Shown here: positions 1 to 10,002 of the stretch, one piece after another
Numbering within the stretch: position 1 is the stretch's first letter
Layout of the letters: each line of letters begins with the position of its first letter
Assembly (NCBI GenBank): GCA_963717145.1
Contig: OY970325.1
Span: 2,176,001-2,240,000, forward strand
Reading direction: 5' to 3'
Origin: an uncultured Armatimonadetes bacterium
GTDB taxonomy: Bacteria; Armatimonadota; UBA5829; DTJY01
Length of the DNA stretch: 64,000 nt
Made by a program: the position numbers and the translations under genes
Notes under the pieces: generated by a model
What the model was told of the DNA's origin: nothing
The model's database searches: none
What the model saw: only the letters and a program-made list of their open reading frames with translations

Positions 1-508
1 ACGACCGCCGGCGGTAGAGGCATGGAATACTGAGAAACACGCCAAGGCCGTCGAGTTCACTTTGCCGCCAGACCAGGAGGCGAACCACGTTCTGCTCGAC
101 AAGCGCCGCAACCGGTTGTACATCGTTACTGTCGGGCAGATGAGGACCGTCGACGCAGCAAGCATGAAGGAGATCGGCAGAGTCAGCCTCCCGGACAGAG
201 TCTACCGATCCGCATGCGTCAACGAGGCGACCGGGCGGGTGTTTCTGCTGCCGGGCAGCATCCCTCAGCAGTCGGACCGAGCCAAAGAGTACACCTACCC
301 GCCAAGCGTGCTGCGAATCTACGATCCCACATCCGACAAGATGGAGTCGGCACAGATGCCCTCGGACTCCCGGCCGCCGAATCCCAAGCTGTTCACTGCC
401 ACTGAGTCCGGAACGATGGCTGCAGATGCGCGGAAGTCGGAGGTGTACATCCTGTCGACCTGGAACGCCGGACTGCTGATCTACGTTGACCGACAGAAGT
501 CCAGGTAG
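1..508 (+). CDS. C-terminal part of a YncE-like beta-propeller protein, probably starting before the window
   Basis: The frame appears open from the window edge. Blade-like segments (NRLYIV, GRVFLL, SEVYIL). Confidence 0.5.
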   Translation, partial: RPPAVEAWNTEKHAKAVEFTLPPDQEANHVLLDKRRNRLYIVTVGQMRTVDAASMKEIGRVSLPDRVYRSACVNEATGRVFLLPGSIPQQSDRAKEYTYPPSVLRIYDPTSDKMESAQMPSDSRPPNPKLFTATESGTMAADARKSEVYILSTWNAGLLIYVDRQKSR

Positions 509-511
509 CAG

Positions 512-2305
512 CTAGTCCTCGACGAGGGCCTCGGGGGCGATCTCCTGGAACTGCATGTCGTGGAGTCTCTTGTAGACACCTTCACGCGCCAGGAGTTCGT
601 CATGCGTGCCCTGCTCGACGAGCCGGCCGCCGTCGATCACGAGGATCAAGTCGGCTTCGGTGATCGTCGAAAGCCGGTGCGCGATCACGAATGAGGTCCG
701 GCCCTTGAGAAGCTTCCTGAGCGCGTCCTGGATGATGACCTCGGTCTGCGTGTCAACGCTCGATGTCGCCTCGTCGAGGATCAGTATCCGCGGATCGGCA
801 AGCAGCGCGCGCGCGAAGGAGACCAACTGCTTCTGACCGGAGGAGAGCTTGGAGCCGCCCTCACGCACGTCGGTGTCATATCCCGCCGGCAACTCGCTGA
901 TGAACTCGTCCAGACCGACCGTCGTGGCAGCGCTCACTACCTCCTGATCCGTCGCATCGAGCCGCCCGTACCTGATGTTCTCCTTGATGCTACCCGGGAA
1001 GAGGAACGCATCCTGCAGGACGACACCCATCTGGCTGCGGAGGGAGCGCATCGTCACGTCGCGGACGTCGTGCCCGTCGATGGTGATGCTGCCTGACCGG
1101 ATGTCGTATTGCCGGCCAAGCAGGCTGGCGATCGTCGTCTTTCCGGCGCCGGTCGGTCCGACGAGCGCGACAGTCTGCCCCGCCTCGACATGGAAGTTCA
1201 CGTCGCGGAGGATCGGCGTTTCGTCGTAGGCAAAATCGACGTCCTTGAACTCGACCTCACCGTCGATCTGAGGGAGGACTTCAGCGCCCTCCTTGTCCTT
1301 GATCGCCTGCTCGGTGTCGAGGATGTCGAAGATGCGTTCAGCGCCGGCCATCGCGCCCTGCATCGTCTGATAAAGCGTGCTCATGTCCCGGATCGGCGCG
1401 TAGAAGCTGTTCAGATATGCGGTGAACTCCACAAGGATGCCGAGGGTGAGCGCCCCGGCGAGGACTCTCAAGCCGCCATACCAATAAACCGCGCAGACAC
1501 CGCAGGCGGTCATCACCCCGATGAGCGGCACGAATATCGCCTCGATTCTCGTGGCGTACAACACTGCCTGCCGATTGTCGAGGTTGACCTCCTTGAACCG
1601 TCGGAGGTTCTCCCCCTCGCGAGAGAAAGACTTGACGACGCGGACGCCCGACACATTCTCCGCGACTGTGGCGGTGACCGTAGCGACCTTCCTGCGGACG
1701 TCCCTGTAGGCGAGTCTCATCTTTGCACGGAAGAACGAGGTCACGATGGCCATAACGGGAACCAACGCCACTGTGATGAGTGCGAGCTGGACATTCTCCC
1801 TCAGCAGAATGACGATGATGGCGAAGACCATCGCCACATCGGAAACGATGGAGAGCGTGCCCGACGTAAGCAGGTCGTTCACCGCATCGACGTCGCTCGT
1901 GAGGCGCGCGATTATGCGCCCGATCTCGCGCTTATCGAAGAAGCTGAGGGACAGGTTCTGGAGGTGTGAGAAGACCTTGTGCCGGATGTCATAGAGAACG
2001 CTCTGGCCGAGCCTCTGGACGACGATCGTCTGGCACACCTGCGCGACCCACCGAAGGAGGTAGACGATGATATAGGCGAGCGCGACTTTGGTCAGCACCC
2101 CGCCGTTCGACTTGGTGATGCCTTCGTCGATCGCGAACTTCCAGAGCTTCGGCGAGATCAGACCGATGCCGGACGTGGCAAGGACCGTGGCGATCGAGAG
2201 CGCCAAGAGCCGTTTGTACGGCTTGATGAAGACGATGGCCTTCTTCGTCAGCTCCGGGTCAAACGCTTTTCCCAGTAGTTCGTCGTCGTATACGTACTTG
2301 CGCAT
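512..2305 (-). CDS. ABC exporter, fused permease/ATPase (heterodimer subunit with catalytic Glu)
   Basis: TM domain, Walker A GPTGAGKT, signature LSSGQKQ, Walker B ILILDEAT, H-switch IAHR. Confidence 0.95.
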   Translation of the reverse strand: MRKYVYDDELLGKAFDPELTKKAIVFIKPYKRLLALSIATVLATSGIGLISPKLWKFAIDEGITKSNGGVLTKVALAYIIVYLLRWVAQVCQTIVVQRLGQSVLYDIRHKVFSHLQNLSLSFFDKREIGRIIARLTSDVDAVNDLLTSGTLSIVSDVAMVFAIIVILLRENVQLALITVALVPVMAIVTSFFRAKMRLAYRDVRRKVATVTATVAENVSGVRVVKSFSREGENLRRFKEVNLDNRQAVLYATRIEAIFVPLIGVMTACGVCAVYWYGGLRVLAGALTLGILVEFTAYLNSFYAPIRDMSTLYQTMQGAMAGAERIFDILDTEQAIKDKEGAEVLPQIDGEVEFKDVDFAYDETPILRDVNFHVEAGQTVALVGPTGAGKTTIASLLGRQYDIRSGSITIDGHDVRDVTMRSLRSQMGVVLQDAFLFPGSIKENIRYGRLDATDQEVVSAATTVGLDEFISELPAGYDTDVREGGSKLSSGQKQLVSFARALLADPRILILDEATSSVDTQTEVIIQDALRKLLKGRTSFVIAHRLSTITEADLILVIDGGRLVEQGTHDELLAREGVYKRLHDMQFQEIAPEALVED

Positions 2306-2315
2306 GAATGCTCCA

Positions 2316-2391
2316 GATGGCTGATGGTCGATGGTTGATGGCTGATGCGGAGCCGGTCCCCATCAACCATTAACCATAAGCCATCAGCCAT
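2316..2391. repeat. Inverted pair of short tandem heptamer repeats (gNtgatg / catcaNc)
   Basis: gctgatg-gtcgatg-gttgatg-gctgatg followed by catcaac-cattaac-cataagc-catcagc. Same family at 51099-51175. Confidence 0.8.
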
Positions 2392-4117
2392 TCTCTTCCC
2401 CTCCGAACTGGAGGCGGTAGATTTCCTTGTAGATCCCGCCCTTTGCGAGCAATTCTCTGTGCGTCCCCTCTTCGACGATGCGCCCCTTATCGAGCACGAT
2501 GATCTTGTCGGCGCGCTGGACCGTCGAGATCCTCTGGGCGATCACGAACGTCGTGCGGGACTCTGTCAGCGACACGAGCGCCTTCTGGATCAGCATCTCG
2601 GTCTCGGTATCGACGCTCGATGTAGAGTCGTCCAGGACGAGGATCGGCGGGTTCATCAGAAGCGCCCGGGCTATCGAGAACCTCTGCTTCTGGCCGCCGG
2701 AGAGGTTGACTCCCCTCTCGCCGATCGGAGTCTCGTATCCCTCAGGCAGGCCATCGATGAAATCGTGGATATTCGCCGATCTCGCTGCCTCGATGACCTC
2801 CTCCAGCTCGGCATCCGGCTTCCCGTAAGCGATGTTCTCCCGTGCCGAATCGCCAAAGAGGAATGTCTCCTGCGCGACGATCCCGATGTTCTTCCTGAGC
2901 GACTTCAGCCGATACTCCCTGATGTCCACGCCGTCGATCACGATCGCCCCGTCGGTCACGTCGTAGAACCTTGGGATTAGATTGATGATCGTGCTCTTGC
3001 CGGACCCCGTTGCGCCGACAAACGCGACCATTTCGCCCGGCTGAACCTGCAGGTTGATGTTGCTGAGCACCTTGCTTCCATCGTTATAGGCAAACGACAC
3101 ATTCTGAAACTCGACGCATCCCGTGCAGTTCGACAGCACCTTTGCGCCTTCTTTGACGTGAACCTCCGGATGGGTGTCGAGTATCTCGAAGATGCGATCC
3201 GCGGCGGCGACTGCGTTCTGCGTCATGTTGACGATCCAACCGGTCATGCGCACGGAACCGATCAGCCGTGCCAGGTACGAGTTGAACGCCAGCAGCGCGC
3301 CGAGGGTCAGTGCACCGCTGACCACCTGCATGCCGCCGTACCAGAGGATCAAGGTCGTCGCGCCCGCCGCCATGAAGTCCATGAAGGGCATGTACTTCGC
3401 TGAGACGACGGCGGTTTCCATATTGCGCTCGAGGAGGCCGTAGGACTGCTTGTCGAACTTCTCGATCTCGTGGTCCTCACGGGCAAATGCCTTGACGACG
3501 CGAATGCCCATCAGGTTCTGCTGGATGGCGGTCGTCATGTCGCCACGCTGATCCTGAGCAGCCGTATAGAGCGGACGAATCTTCGTGCCGAACCGTATCA
3601 CCGCATACAGGAGAAGCGGCGAGGTAGAGAGCGAGATGAGCGCCAGCTTCCAGTTCATCATCAGGCAGATGATGAGGACGCCGGTGAAGATCAGGGAGTC
3701 GGTCACCAGGTGCGTGATGCCGTGCCCGAGGAATCTGCTGAGCGCCTGCACATCGGAGGTTGCTCGCGAGATGAGCTGCCCGGTCTCGGCCTCGTCATGA
3801 TAGCTGAACGAGAGCCGCTGCACGTGATCGAAGAGCCTGTTCCTGATGTCATAGATCGTGCGCTGGGCCATGCACTGGGTGAAGTACTGCTGGCCGAAGC
3901 GGAAGAACCCGGCGACAATCGCGAGGCCGACGAGTCCCAGGCAGTAATAAGGGAGCTGGCGCGCGTTGCCGGCCTTCAGCCCGTCGTCGACGATGAGCCT
4001 GATGAGCTGTTGGGGCAGAAGATCGAGGGCGGCGACGGTGATCAGGCATACGGTTGTCAGAAGCAACCACTGCCAGTGTCTACTGGCAAAGGCAAGCAAT
4101 CTTCTGACGGTACGCAT
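2384..4117 (-). CDS. ABC exporter, fused permease/ATPase (heterodimer subunit with degenerate site)
   Basis: Walker A GATGSGKS, signature LSGGQKQ, Walker B LDDST (E to D), switch IAQR (H to Q). Confidence 0.95.
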   Translation of the reverse strand: MRTVRRLLAFASRHWQWLLLTTVCLITVAALDLLPQQLIRLIVDDGLKAGNARQLPYYCLGLVGLAIVAGFFRFGQQYFTQCMAQRTIYDIRNRLFDHVQRLSFSYHDEAETGQLISRATSDVQALSRFLGHGITHLVTDSLIFTGVLIICLMMNWKLALISLSTSPLLLYAVIRFGTKIRPLYTAAQDQRGDMTTAIQQNLMGIRVVKAFAREDHEIEKFDKQSYGLLERNMETAVVSAKYMPFMDFMAAGATTLILWYGGMQVVSGALTLGALLAFNSYLARLIGSVRMTGWIVNMTQNAVAAADRIFEILDTHPEVHVKEGAKVLSNCTGCVEFQNVSFAYNDGSKVLSNINLQVQPGEMVAFVGATGSGKSTIINLIPRFYDVTDGAIVIDGVDIREYRLKSLRKNIGIVAQETFLFGDSARENIAYGKPDAELEEVIEAARSANIHDFIDGLPEGYETPIGERGVNLSGGQKQRFSIARALLMNPPILVLDDSTSSVDTETEMLIQKALVSLTESRTTFVIAQRISTVQRADKIIVLDKGRIVEEGTHRELLAKGGIYKEIYRLQFGGEENG

Positions 4118-4139
4118 GGCTGAACTCCGGTGTATCTAT

Positions 4140-4233
4140 GTAGGAGGGGTTTTCCGGGATGACTGTGCCCGGTAACCCCGAACAGCCGCGTTCGGGGTTA
4201 CCGGGCACAGTCATCCCGGAAAACCCCTCCTAC
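4140..4233. repeat. REPIN/MITE-like perfect hairpin, 44-bp arms, GTAG...CTAC ends
   Basis: gtaggaggggttttccgggatgactgtgcccggtaaccccgaac, loop agccgc, then the exact reverse complement. Confidence 0.9.
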
Positions 4234-4332
4234 GACAGTCTGGCCTCAAAGTCTTCTCTCTACACCTGTTCAGCGCGCGGACGGAATCTCCCTCCCCTTT
4301 TTTCGCAACTAGTTATCCAATGGGAACTCCCT

Positions 4333-6348
4333 TCAGAGATCGCCGACCGCCTGATCCTGTCGGCCGGGGATGCCCATGTCGGGCAGGGAGAGCCCATCCT
4401 CGACGAGCGCGTCGATGAGCTTGCGAGCATCGTCCTTGAGGGTCACCTTCCACCTCAGCCCGTCGTCGATGAACTCCGGATCCACCAGCCGGTGCTCGAT
4501 GTACACGAGCCTGAGCCCCTCCGCCTTGCCCTTCTCAGTATCCCCCGCGATGAAAGCCGCCACCGCGAGGCCGAACTCCGCCGCAAGGTCGTGCTCCCTG
4601 CCGGACACGGCGAGAACCCTCTGCCAATCTTCCGCGGCCGCGTCGTGCCGGCCGATCTCCCAGTTGCAGATCGCACGCGCAAGGCAATAATCGCCTGTGC
4701 ATTCCGGGCAGTGCGCAAGGGCCTCATCGAAGTAGAGCTTCGACAGGTTGTAGGTCTTGTCCCAGAACATGTCCCATGCATATTCCTCAATGAGGTCGGT
4801 CGCAGCGTTGGCCTTTGCACCCTCAATCGACAGCGCAGCCTCTTCCTCGGCGCGCTGCTGGTTACCGAGTTTGGCATATGCCCTCGCCAGCAGTTCGTGC
4901 GCCTCAGGGAACGGACCTGCGAACTGCTTCAGCGCGGCCTTGAGATGGGTCACCGCTTCCTTGTCGAAGCCGTTGTGAACGAGCCTGTCTATGAGCCACT
5001 TTCGTCCATCCCAGTTGCCATCGTCCAGGGTGGCCTTCATCGCTCGGGCGACCAGGGACTTCTGCTTCTTCGACCTCTGCGGATCACCGGACCACACGTC
5101 CTCCTGCATCTGGATCGCGGTCGCATATGCGCGGGAATTGTTGGGGTCGATCGCCAGCGCCTCCTCGAAGGCCTGCTCCGACTTCCTGTCCTGGCTCGTT
5201 GCCATGTAATGCCACTGCAGCGTCGTCCAGGCGTAGACGTACTTCGGGTCGTGCGCGACAGCCTTCTCCCCCGCGTAGATGACCTTGCCGTAGAGGTCCG
5301 ATACCCTGCTCGCCTCCACCGCTGACTGCTCTTCCCAGTACCGGCCCTCCCTGATGTCGGACGCCTGGCTTTCGGAGGATTCGGCGACCAGCATCCAGGA
5401 GACAGCGGCTTTGGGATAGAGTCTCGCCATCTCCTCCGCGACTCTGAGTTGCCCGCCGAAATCCTCCTGCTTGTTCCGGAGTCTGTACCTGCTGAAGAGC
5501 AGGCGGAAGTTGCCCGGATACCGGTGGAGGCCCTCATCTATGACCGCGTCCGCCTCTTTCAGCTTGCCGGCGCTCGCGAGATACGATCCGAGCAGCAGAC
5601 GAGGGGTCACGAACTCGGGGTATCTCTCCCCGATTCCCTGAACAATCGTCACCGCCTTTTCCGCGCCGGCGAAATCGGCCTGCTGGACCGCGACCACGGG
5701 ATCAATGGACGACAGTTGCTTCAACTTCGCCACGGCGGACTTTGGGACCGCTCTGGCGGCCGAGGTCGAGGCCTCACCGAGGACAGTCAGCGTCCCCTTT
5801 GAGGGCAGCGTGATCGCTTCATAGGCCTTCCTCTGCGCCGGGGTGAGCGCGATGCCCAGTCGATCCACGATCTGGAAGAGCAGCGGCTTCATGCGCTGGG
5901 AAAGCTCGGCCTGGCTCCCGCTCGATACAATCGGCGCTCCGACGGCCTTGCCCGTCGAGGCATCCCAGACCTGGAGTGACAGGGTATGCCTGCCCGACAC
6001 GGTCTTCACGGTCCCGCAGAGAGCATGGTCGAGGCCGAGCACCCTCGCCACCTCGACAGCGGTTGGGCCGGTCATCGCCAAGCCGTTCTTCAGGTGACGG
6101 TCATTGATCGCGCGGGTCACATGCATGCCGGATAGGTTCGCGGGAAGCTGGGGCAATCCGGCGACATAGAAATAGATGTAGTCGCGATACCCGACCCAGA
6201 ACGGCTCTGGAGCCCCGGAACCGCTCACCGGAACGCTGATCAGCACGCCTGCGGCCTTCTTGATCTGCTTCGTCGCAATGTGCGCGCCGAGGTCAAAGGT
6301 AGCGAGCATCAGCGCGGTAAGTGTGAATGCAAAGAGCTTGGTTCTCAT
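4333..6348 (-). CDS. Exported TPR-repeat protein
   Basis: N-terminal signal peptide, TolB-N-like segment, multiple TPR motifs (AFEEALAIDPNN, AHELLARAY). Confidence 0.8.
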   Translation of the reverse strand: MRTKLFAFTLTALMLATFDLGAHIATKQIKKAAGVLISVPVSGSGAPEPFWVGYRDYIYFYVAGLPQLPANLSGMHVTRAINDRHLKNGLAMTGPTAVEVARVLGLDHALCGTVKTVSGRHTLSLQVWDASTGKAVGAPIVSSGSQAELSQRMKPLLFQIVDRLGIALTPAQRKAYEAITLPSKGTLTVLGEASTSAARAVPKSAVAKLKQLSSIDPVVAVQQADFAGAEKAVTIVQGIGERYPEFVTPRLLLGSYLASAGKLKEADAVIDEGLHRYPGNFRLLFSRYRLRNKQEDFGGQLRVAEEMARLYPKAAVSWMLVAESSESQASDIREGRYWEEQSAVEASRVSDLYGKVIYAGEKAVAHDPKYVYAWTTLQWHYMATSQDRKSEQAFEEALAIDPNNSRAYATAIQMQEDVWSGDPQRSKKQKSLVARAMKATLDDGNWDGRKWLIDRLVHNGFDKEAVTHLKAALKQFAGPFPEAHELLARAYAKLGNQQRAEEEAALSIEGAKANAATDLIEEYAWDMFWDKTYNLSKLYFDEALAHCPECTGDYCLARAICNWEIGRHDAAAEDWQRVLAVSGREHDLAAEFGLAVAAFIAGDTEKGKAEGLRLVYIEHRLVDPEFIDDGLRWKVTLKDDARKLIDALVEDGLSLPDMGIPGRQDQAVGDL

Positions 6349-6812
6349 ACGTCCTCCTCCTGTTCTAGACTGCCCTCATCGCCATCGGGCCGGCGATCGC
6401 TGGTTTCGCGTGATATGTCTCGATGGGGACGATCCCAGGTCCCCTGTTCTGACTCGCGGCGCATCGTATGCCCTCTCCACAGACCAAGGGCCAAGACAGC
6501 GATCCAGTACAATACCACCTTCCAGGGAGCACTGAAGACGCGCTGCCAGAACGAGCCTGATAGCACATCACTCACGACAAGTAGCGCGATCATACCAAAT
6601 CCAAAGTACTTCAAGTTCCCACGCCCGCATGTCAAGACGACTCCAGCGTAGAGAAGCATCACCGACATTGAAGTGAAGGTGCTGTCGTCCACCGGGCCCA
6701 TCCGTTTCTTGGGCGCCATCACTGCAATGCCAGCCAGTGTCAGGAACACCACGACCTGAGTGATCCAGGTCAATGTGAAATAGCGCCGAATGCCACGTGA
6801 CCGATGATTCAT
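6345..6812 (-). CDS. Hypothetical multi-pass membrane protein
   Basis: About 4 hydrophobic segments, SD aggaga, stop overlaps the next ATG. Confidence 0.65.
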   Translation of the reverse strand: MNHRSRGIRRYFTLTWITQVVVFLTLAGIAVMAPKKRMGPVDDSTFTSMSVMLLYAGVVLTCGRGNLKYFGFGMIALLVVSDVLSGSFWQRVFSAPWKVVLYWIAVLALGLWRGHTMRRESEQGTWDRPHRDISRETSDRRPDGDEGSLEQEEDV

Positions 6813-6827
6813 ATCTCTCCTCTACGC

Positions 6828-7007
6828 TCAACTTCCGGGTGGACGCATTTTATACAGTAACACAGATGATAGAACTAAGCCCGCCAATGCTGCTACCAGG
6901 ATCCTTAGCCATGGGTTGGCAATCTCCCCGCTGAGGCTGAAAAGTAAGGCAAACAGGATAGCGCCTGCAATAAGAACTATTCTGTGCTTTGTGCGCGGCT
7001 GATCCAT
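6828..7007 (-). CDS. Small 59-aa two-TM protein (MDQPRTKHRIVLIAG...)
   Basis: Purine-rich SD (aaggagtggagaag) before ATG at 7007. Two hydrophobic helices. Confidence 0.55.
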   Translation of the reverse strand: MDQPRTKHRIVLIAGAILFALLFSLSGEIANPWLRILVAALAGLVLSSVLLYKMRPPGS

Positions 7008-7090
7008 CTTCTCCACTCCTTTGTTTGATACTAGTAGGAAGCAGGCATCACAGCCCGCGTCCCAGCACGCTTGCTGCGCTGGCTCTTTGA

Positions 7091-7525
7091 TCAACCAGCC
7101 AATGGCGGGAAGGGGTCGGATGGCTTGGCCCGATATCGCTTCTCCACCCAGAGCGCGACCAATCCCACGCCGAAGCCCCCCAATGCGAAGCACAACACAC
7201 TGAGCAGCGCACTTCTGTCGAAGTTGCGCCCTAGATCCTGGAAAAGACCCGGTGTCATTGGGATCAGGATCTCTTCCACGACCGTCGACAAGGGGAAGCC
7301 GATGAGAAGAACCCAATACCACCACTTCCGGTCGCGAGAGAAGATAAGCAGCGCCAGGCTAATACAAAACCCCATTGCCGCGAGGTTGACGCTCTGCAGA
7401 TTCACCCAGTGCAGGCGAGTACTCGCCTCAAAGCCAGAGGTCACCTGCCACAGCACTAGGAATGAAAGAGCCAGCGCTGCGGTCCCAACGGTGGACCAGA
7501 AGAGTTTTCTCGATGTGCAGACCAT
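7091..7525 (-). CDS. Hypothetical multi-pass membrane protein
   Basis: About 4 hydrophobic segments, SD aaggagg. Confidence 0.65.
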   Translation of the reverse strand: MVCTSRKLFWSTVGTAALALSFLVLWQVTSGFEASTRLHWVNLQSVNLAAMGFCISLALLIFSRDRKWWYWVLLIGFPLSTVVEEILIPMTPGLFQDLGRNFDRSALLSVLCFALGGFGVGLVALWVEKRYRAKPSDPFPPLAG

Positions 7526-7615
7526 AGTAAGGCCTCCTTAACTGCATCTGTGTGTGACGGTTCTGATGCCGCCCATTCCAACTCGACACATGCGGCGGCT
7601 GTTTAAGCATGAGGA

Positions 7616-8029
7616 CTACCTCGTATCGACCTGACACATGCCTTGGCGGGTCACCCAATCGCCAAGCATCGCAGACACCAGCTCCAATCCAATAACAAGC
7701 AGTCCCTCCATCGTCGGCGCGACCATCCGGAAGGAGTCGTTGCTTACCCACCACATGCCAATCTCCTGATCTGCAAAGCTCAGAATGACTATCAGGGCCA
7801 ATCCGGTCACGGCAGCAGCCACCACCGGCTTCGCTCCGAGCCTCGATACTGCGTAGCCTGCCCCGAAGAACAGACCCATGCGCAGGACTACGAACAGCCA
7901 GTGCTGCACAGTGAAGTTGCTGAACCCGGATAGGCCGCTCGCGAGAAACAGCAACCCAGGCCCGATGAGCGCGTATACCAGAACACTCATCAGCACGACC
8001 GCAGATACGGCTAACAGACTTCGTCTCAT
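7616..8029 (-). CDS. Hypothetical multi-pass membrane protein
   Basis: About 4 hydrophobic segments, ATGA overlap with the sigma-TPR gene. Confidence 0.65.
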   Translation of the reverse strand: MRRSLLAVSAVVLMSVLVYALIGPGLLFLASGLSGFSNFTVQHWLFVVLRMGLFFGAGYAVSRLGAKPVVAAAVTGLALIVILSFADQEIGMWWVSNDSFRMVAPTMEGLLVIGLELVSAMLGDWVTRQGMCQVDTR

Positions 8030-9849
8030 GTGTCTATCCTCAAATCCTCGAGCGCCTTGTTCGCCTCATCGTTCTCGGGATCAAGCTTCAGGGCCACCTC
8101 GATGTCCTTTCGGGCTTCGTCATCCCGGCCGAGCGCCCGAAGTATCTTCGCGCGCAGAACCCACGGGTCGCACTCCTCGGGCTCCAACTCGATCGCGATG
8201 GTGGCCTCGCTGAGCGCTTCATCGAGTTCGCCTGTCCGCAGAAGCACCTGTGCCAGTTTGCCGTGAAAGCAGATGTGGGTCGGCCCAAACTCCATGCCTT
8301 CACGGCAGATCCGCATAATGCGCTCCGGATCCCCTTCCTTTTTGAGCAGAGCCGATGACAGATTGCACCTCGCATGGATATGGTCGAATTGCAGCTCGAT
8401 CGCCAACTCCGCCTCCCTGATCGTGTCGTCGATCCTGCCATCCCCCAACGCCGCCGACGCCAGGTTCGAATGGATCAGCGCCTTCTCCCAGTCAGTTGCG
8501 GCGAGAACGAGCCCCTCATTCAATATCTCGACCGCCTCGTCATACCGCTTGAGACTCAGATAGATACAGCCCAGCAGGTTCAGTTTCCAGTGGGTCTTCC
8601 CAATGGCGATCGAGCGCTTCAGGTAATCGACCGCTTTCTCCGATCGCCCGGCAGAGTAGTGGACGTAGCCGGACTGATTGAGTATGTGCGCATCATCCTG
8701 TGAAGCCTCGGCCGCAGTACTGGCCGCATCAGCAGCCTCGTCCGGCATATTCTGCCTGAGGTAAGCCGTCGCCAGGGAGATCCTGGCCTTCGCGAGATCG
8801 GGGTTCAGACCGATCGCCTGTTGGAAGTGTGCGGCCGCATCTCGCCAACTCGGCTCGATGACCGGCAGGACCTTCAAGTTGCTCGCAGGCCCGAGCCTGA
8901 GCGCTTCCTGTATCTCCGCCTGGCGGGAGTACGCCCTTCCGGCGGCGTAATGAGCATCGGGGCTTGATGGCTCTAGCTCCACAGCCAATCGGGAGTGCGC
9001 GAGGCCCTCATCCAGATCGCCGATATCGAGGTAGAGCAGCCCGAGCTTTGCGTGGAGGTCACCGTCTCGCACCTGCGCCGCCGCCTGCTCCAGGGTCTCG
9101 ACCGCCCTGTCGGGTTTGCTCATCTTCACATACTGCTGAGCGGAGTCGAGATACGCATCCAGGAAAGTCGGAGCAGCCAACTGAGCCTTGCCCCATTCCT
9201 GCAAGGCGGCTTGTATCAAGCCTTTCCTCAGATACAGGGACCCGAGCCTGTGGTATATCTGCGCGGCCGCCTTGTCGGGCACGGGCAGGGAACCGAGAGG
9301 TACGTGCTCCACGGGCTCTCCCTGAATTGCGTGGCGGAGGTTCGCAAACGCGACCGCCGAATGAAGCTTTGCGAGCGCGGTCCGGAGCCTCTGTCGGACA
9401 GTCTCGACAGGCGCGTCGGTCACCTCGGCGATCTCCGGGAGTGTCAACTGGTCCGAGAACCTCAGTGTCAACACAACCAGTTGGTCCGGGGAGAGTGCGC
9501 GCAGAGCTTCCCGGAGGGTCTGCACCTGCTCCTCGTGCGCCAGGTAGTCGACCAGATCCTGCATCGGCGGGGAGCAGAGCATTACATCAACATCGGGCGA
9601 CTCCCGCTCGCTGCGCCTGGCCCGGCTTCGAGCGGCGTCTATGCAGACATTCGTCGCAATCCGATGCAGCCAGGTGTTGATGCTCGACTCGCCGCGAAAC
9701 CGGCTGAACGCGCCGTACGCACGAACGAACACCTCCTGAGTCAGGTCCAGAACATCCTCCGGGTTGTCCGCGTGGCGCGCTATGAGGCGCTGCACCTGCT
9801 TCAGATGCGCCTGGAACACCTCTTCGAAGCTGTTGCTCTCTGATCCCAT
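8026..9849 (-). CDS. ECF sigma-70 factor fused to a long C-terminal TPR array
   Basis: Sigma region 2 (DLTQEVFVRAY...TWLHRIATNVCID), region 4 (LTLPEIAEVT...TVRQRL), then about 420 aa of TPR repeats. Confidence 0.88.
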   Translation of the reverse strand: MGSESNSFEEVFQAHLKQVQRLIARHADNPEDVLDLTQEVFVRAYGAFSRFRGESSINTWLHRIATNVCIDAARSRARRSERESPDVDVMLCSPPMQDLVDYLAHEEQVQTLREALRALSPDQLVVLTLRFSDQLTLPEIAEVTDAPVETVRQRLRTALAKLHSAVAFANLRHAIQGEPVEHVPLGSLPVPDKAAAQIYHRLGSLYLRKGLIQAALQEWGKAQLAAPTFLDAYLDSAQQYVKMSKPDRAVETLEQAAAQVRDGDLHAKLGLLYLDIGDLDEGLAHSRLAVELEPSSPDAHYAAGRAYSRQAEIQEALRLGPASNLKVLPVIEPSWRDAAAHFQQAIGLNPDLAKARISLATAYLRQNMPDEAADAASTAAEASQDDAHILNQSGYVHYSAGRSEKAVDYLKRSIAIGKTHWKLNLLGCIYLSLKRYDEAVEILNEGLVLAATDWEKALIHSNLASAALGDGRIDDTIREAELAIELQFDHIHARCNLSSALLKKEGDPERIMRICREGMEFGPTHICFHGKLAQVLLRTGELDEALSEATIAIELEPEECDPWVLRAKILRALGRDDEARKDIEVALKLDPENDEANKALEDLRIDT

Positions 9850-10002
9850 CTTCCGCAGCCCCTTGCCGTCATCGTGCTTCCCGTTCCGCTAGGTTAGACG
9901 GCAGAGTGATTCTGAATGGGTGTAGGATTCTCCGGGGAAAGAGCTGCGACGGGATGGCAAGAGGGCCGCCCGAGTCGTGACGGCCCCTGTGACTTGGTCG
10001 CC

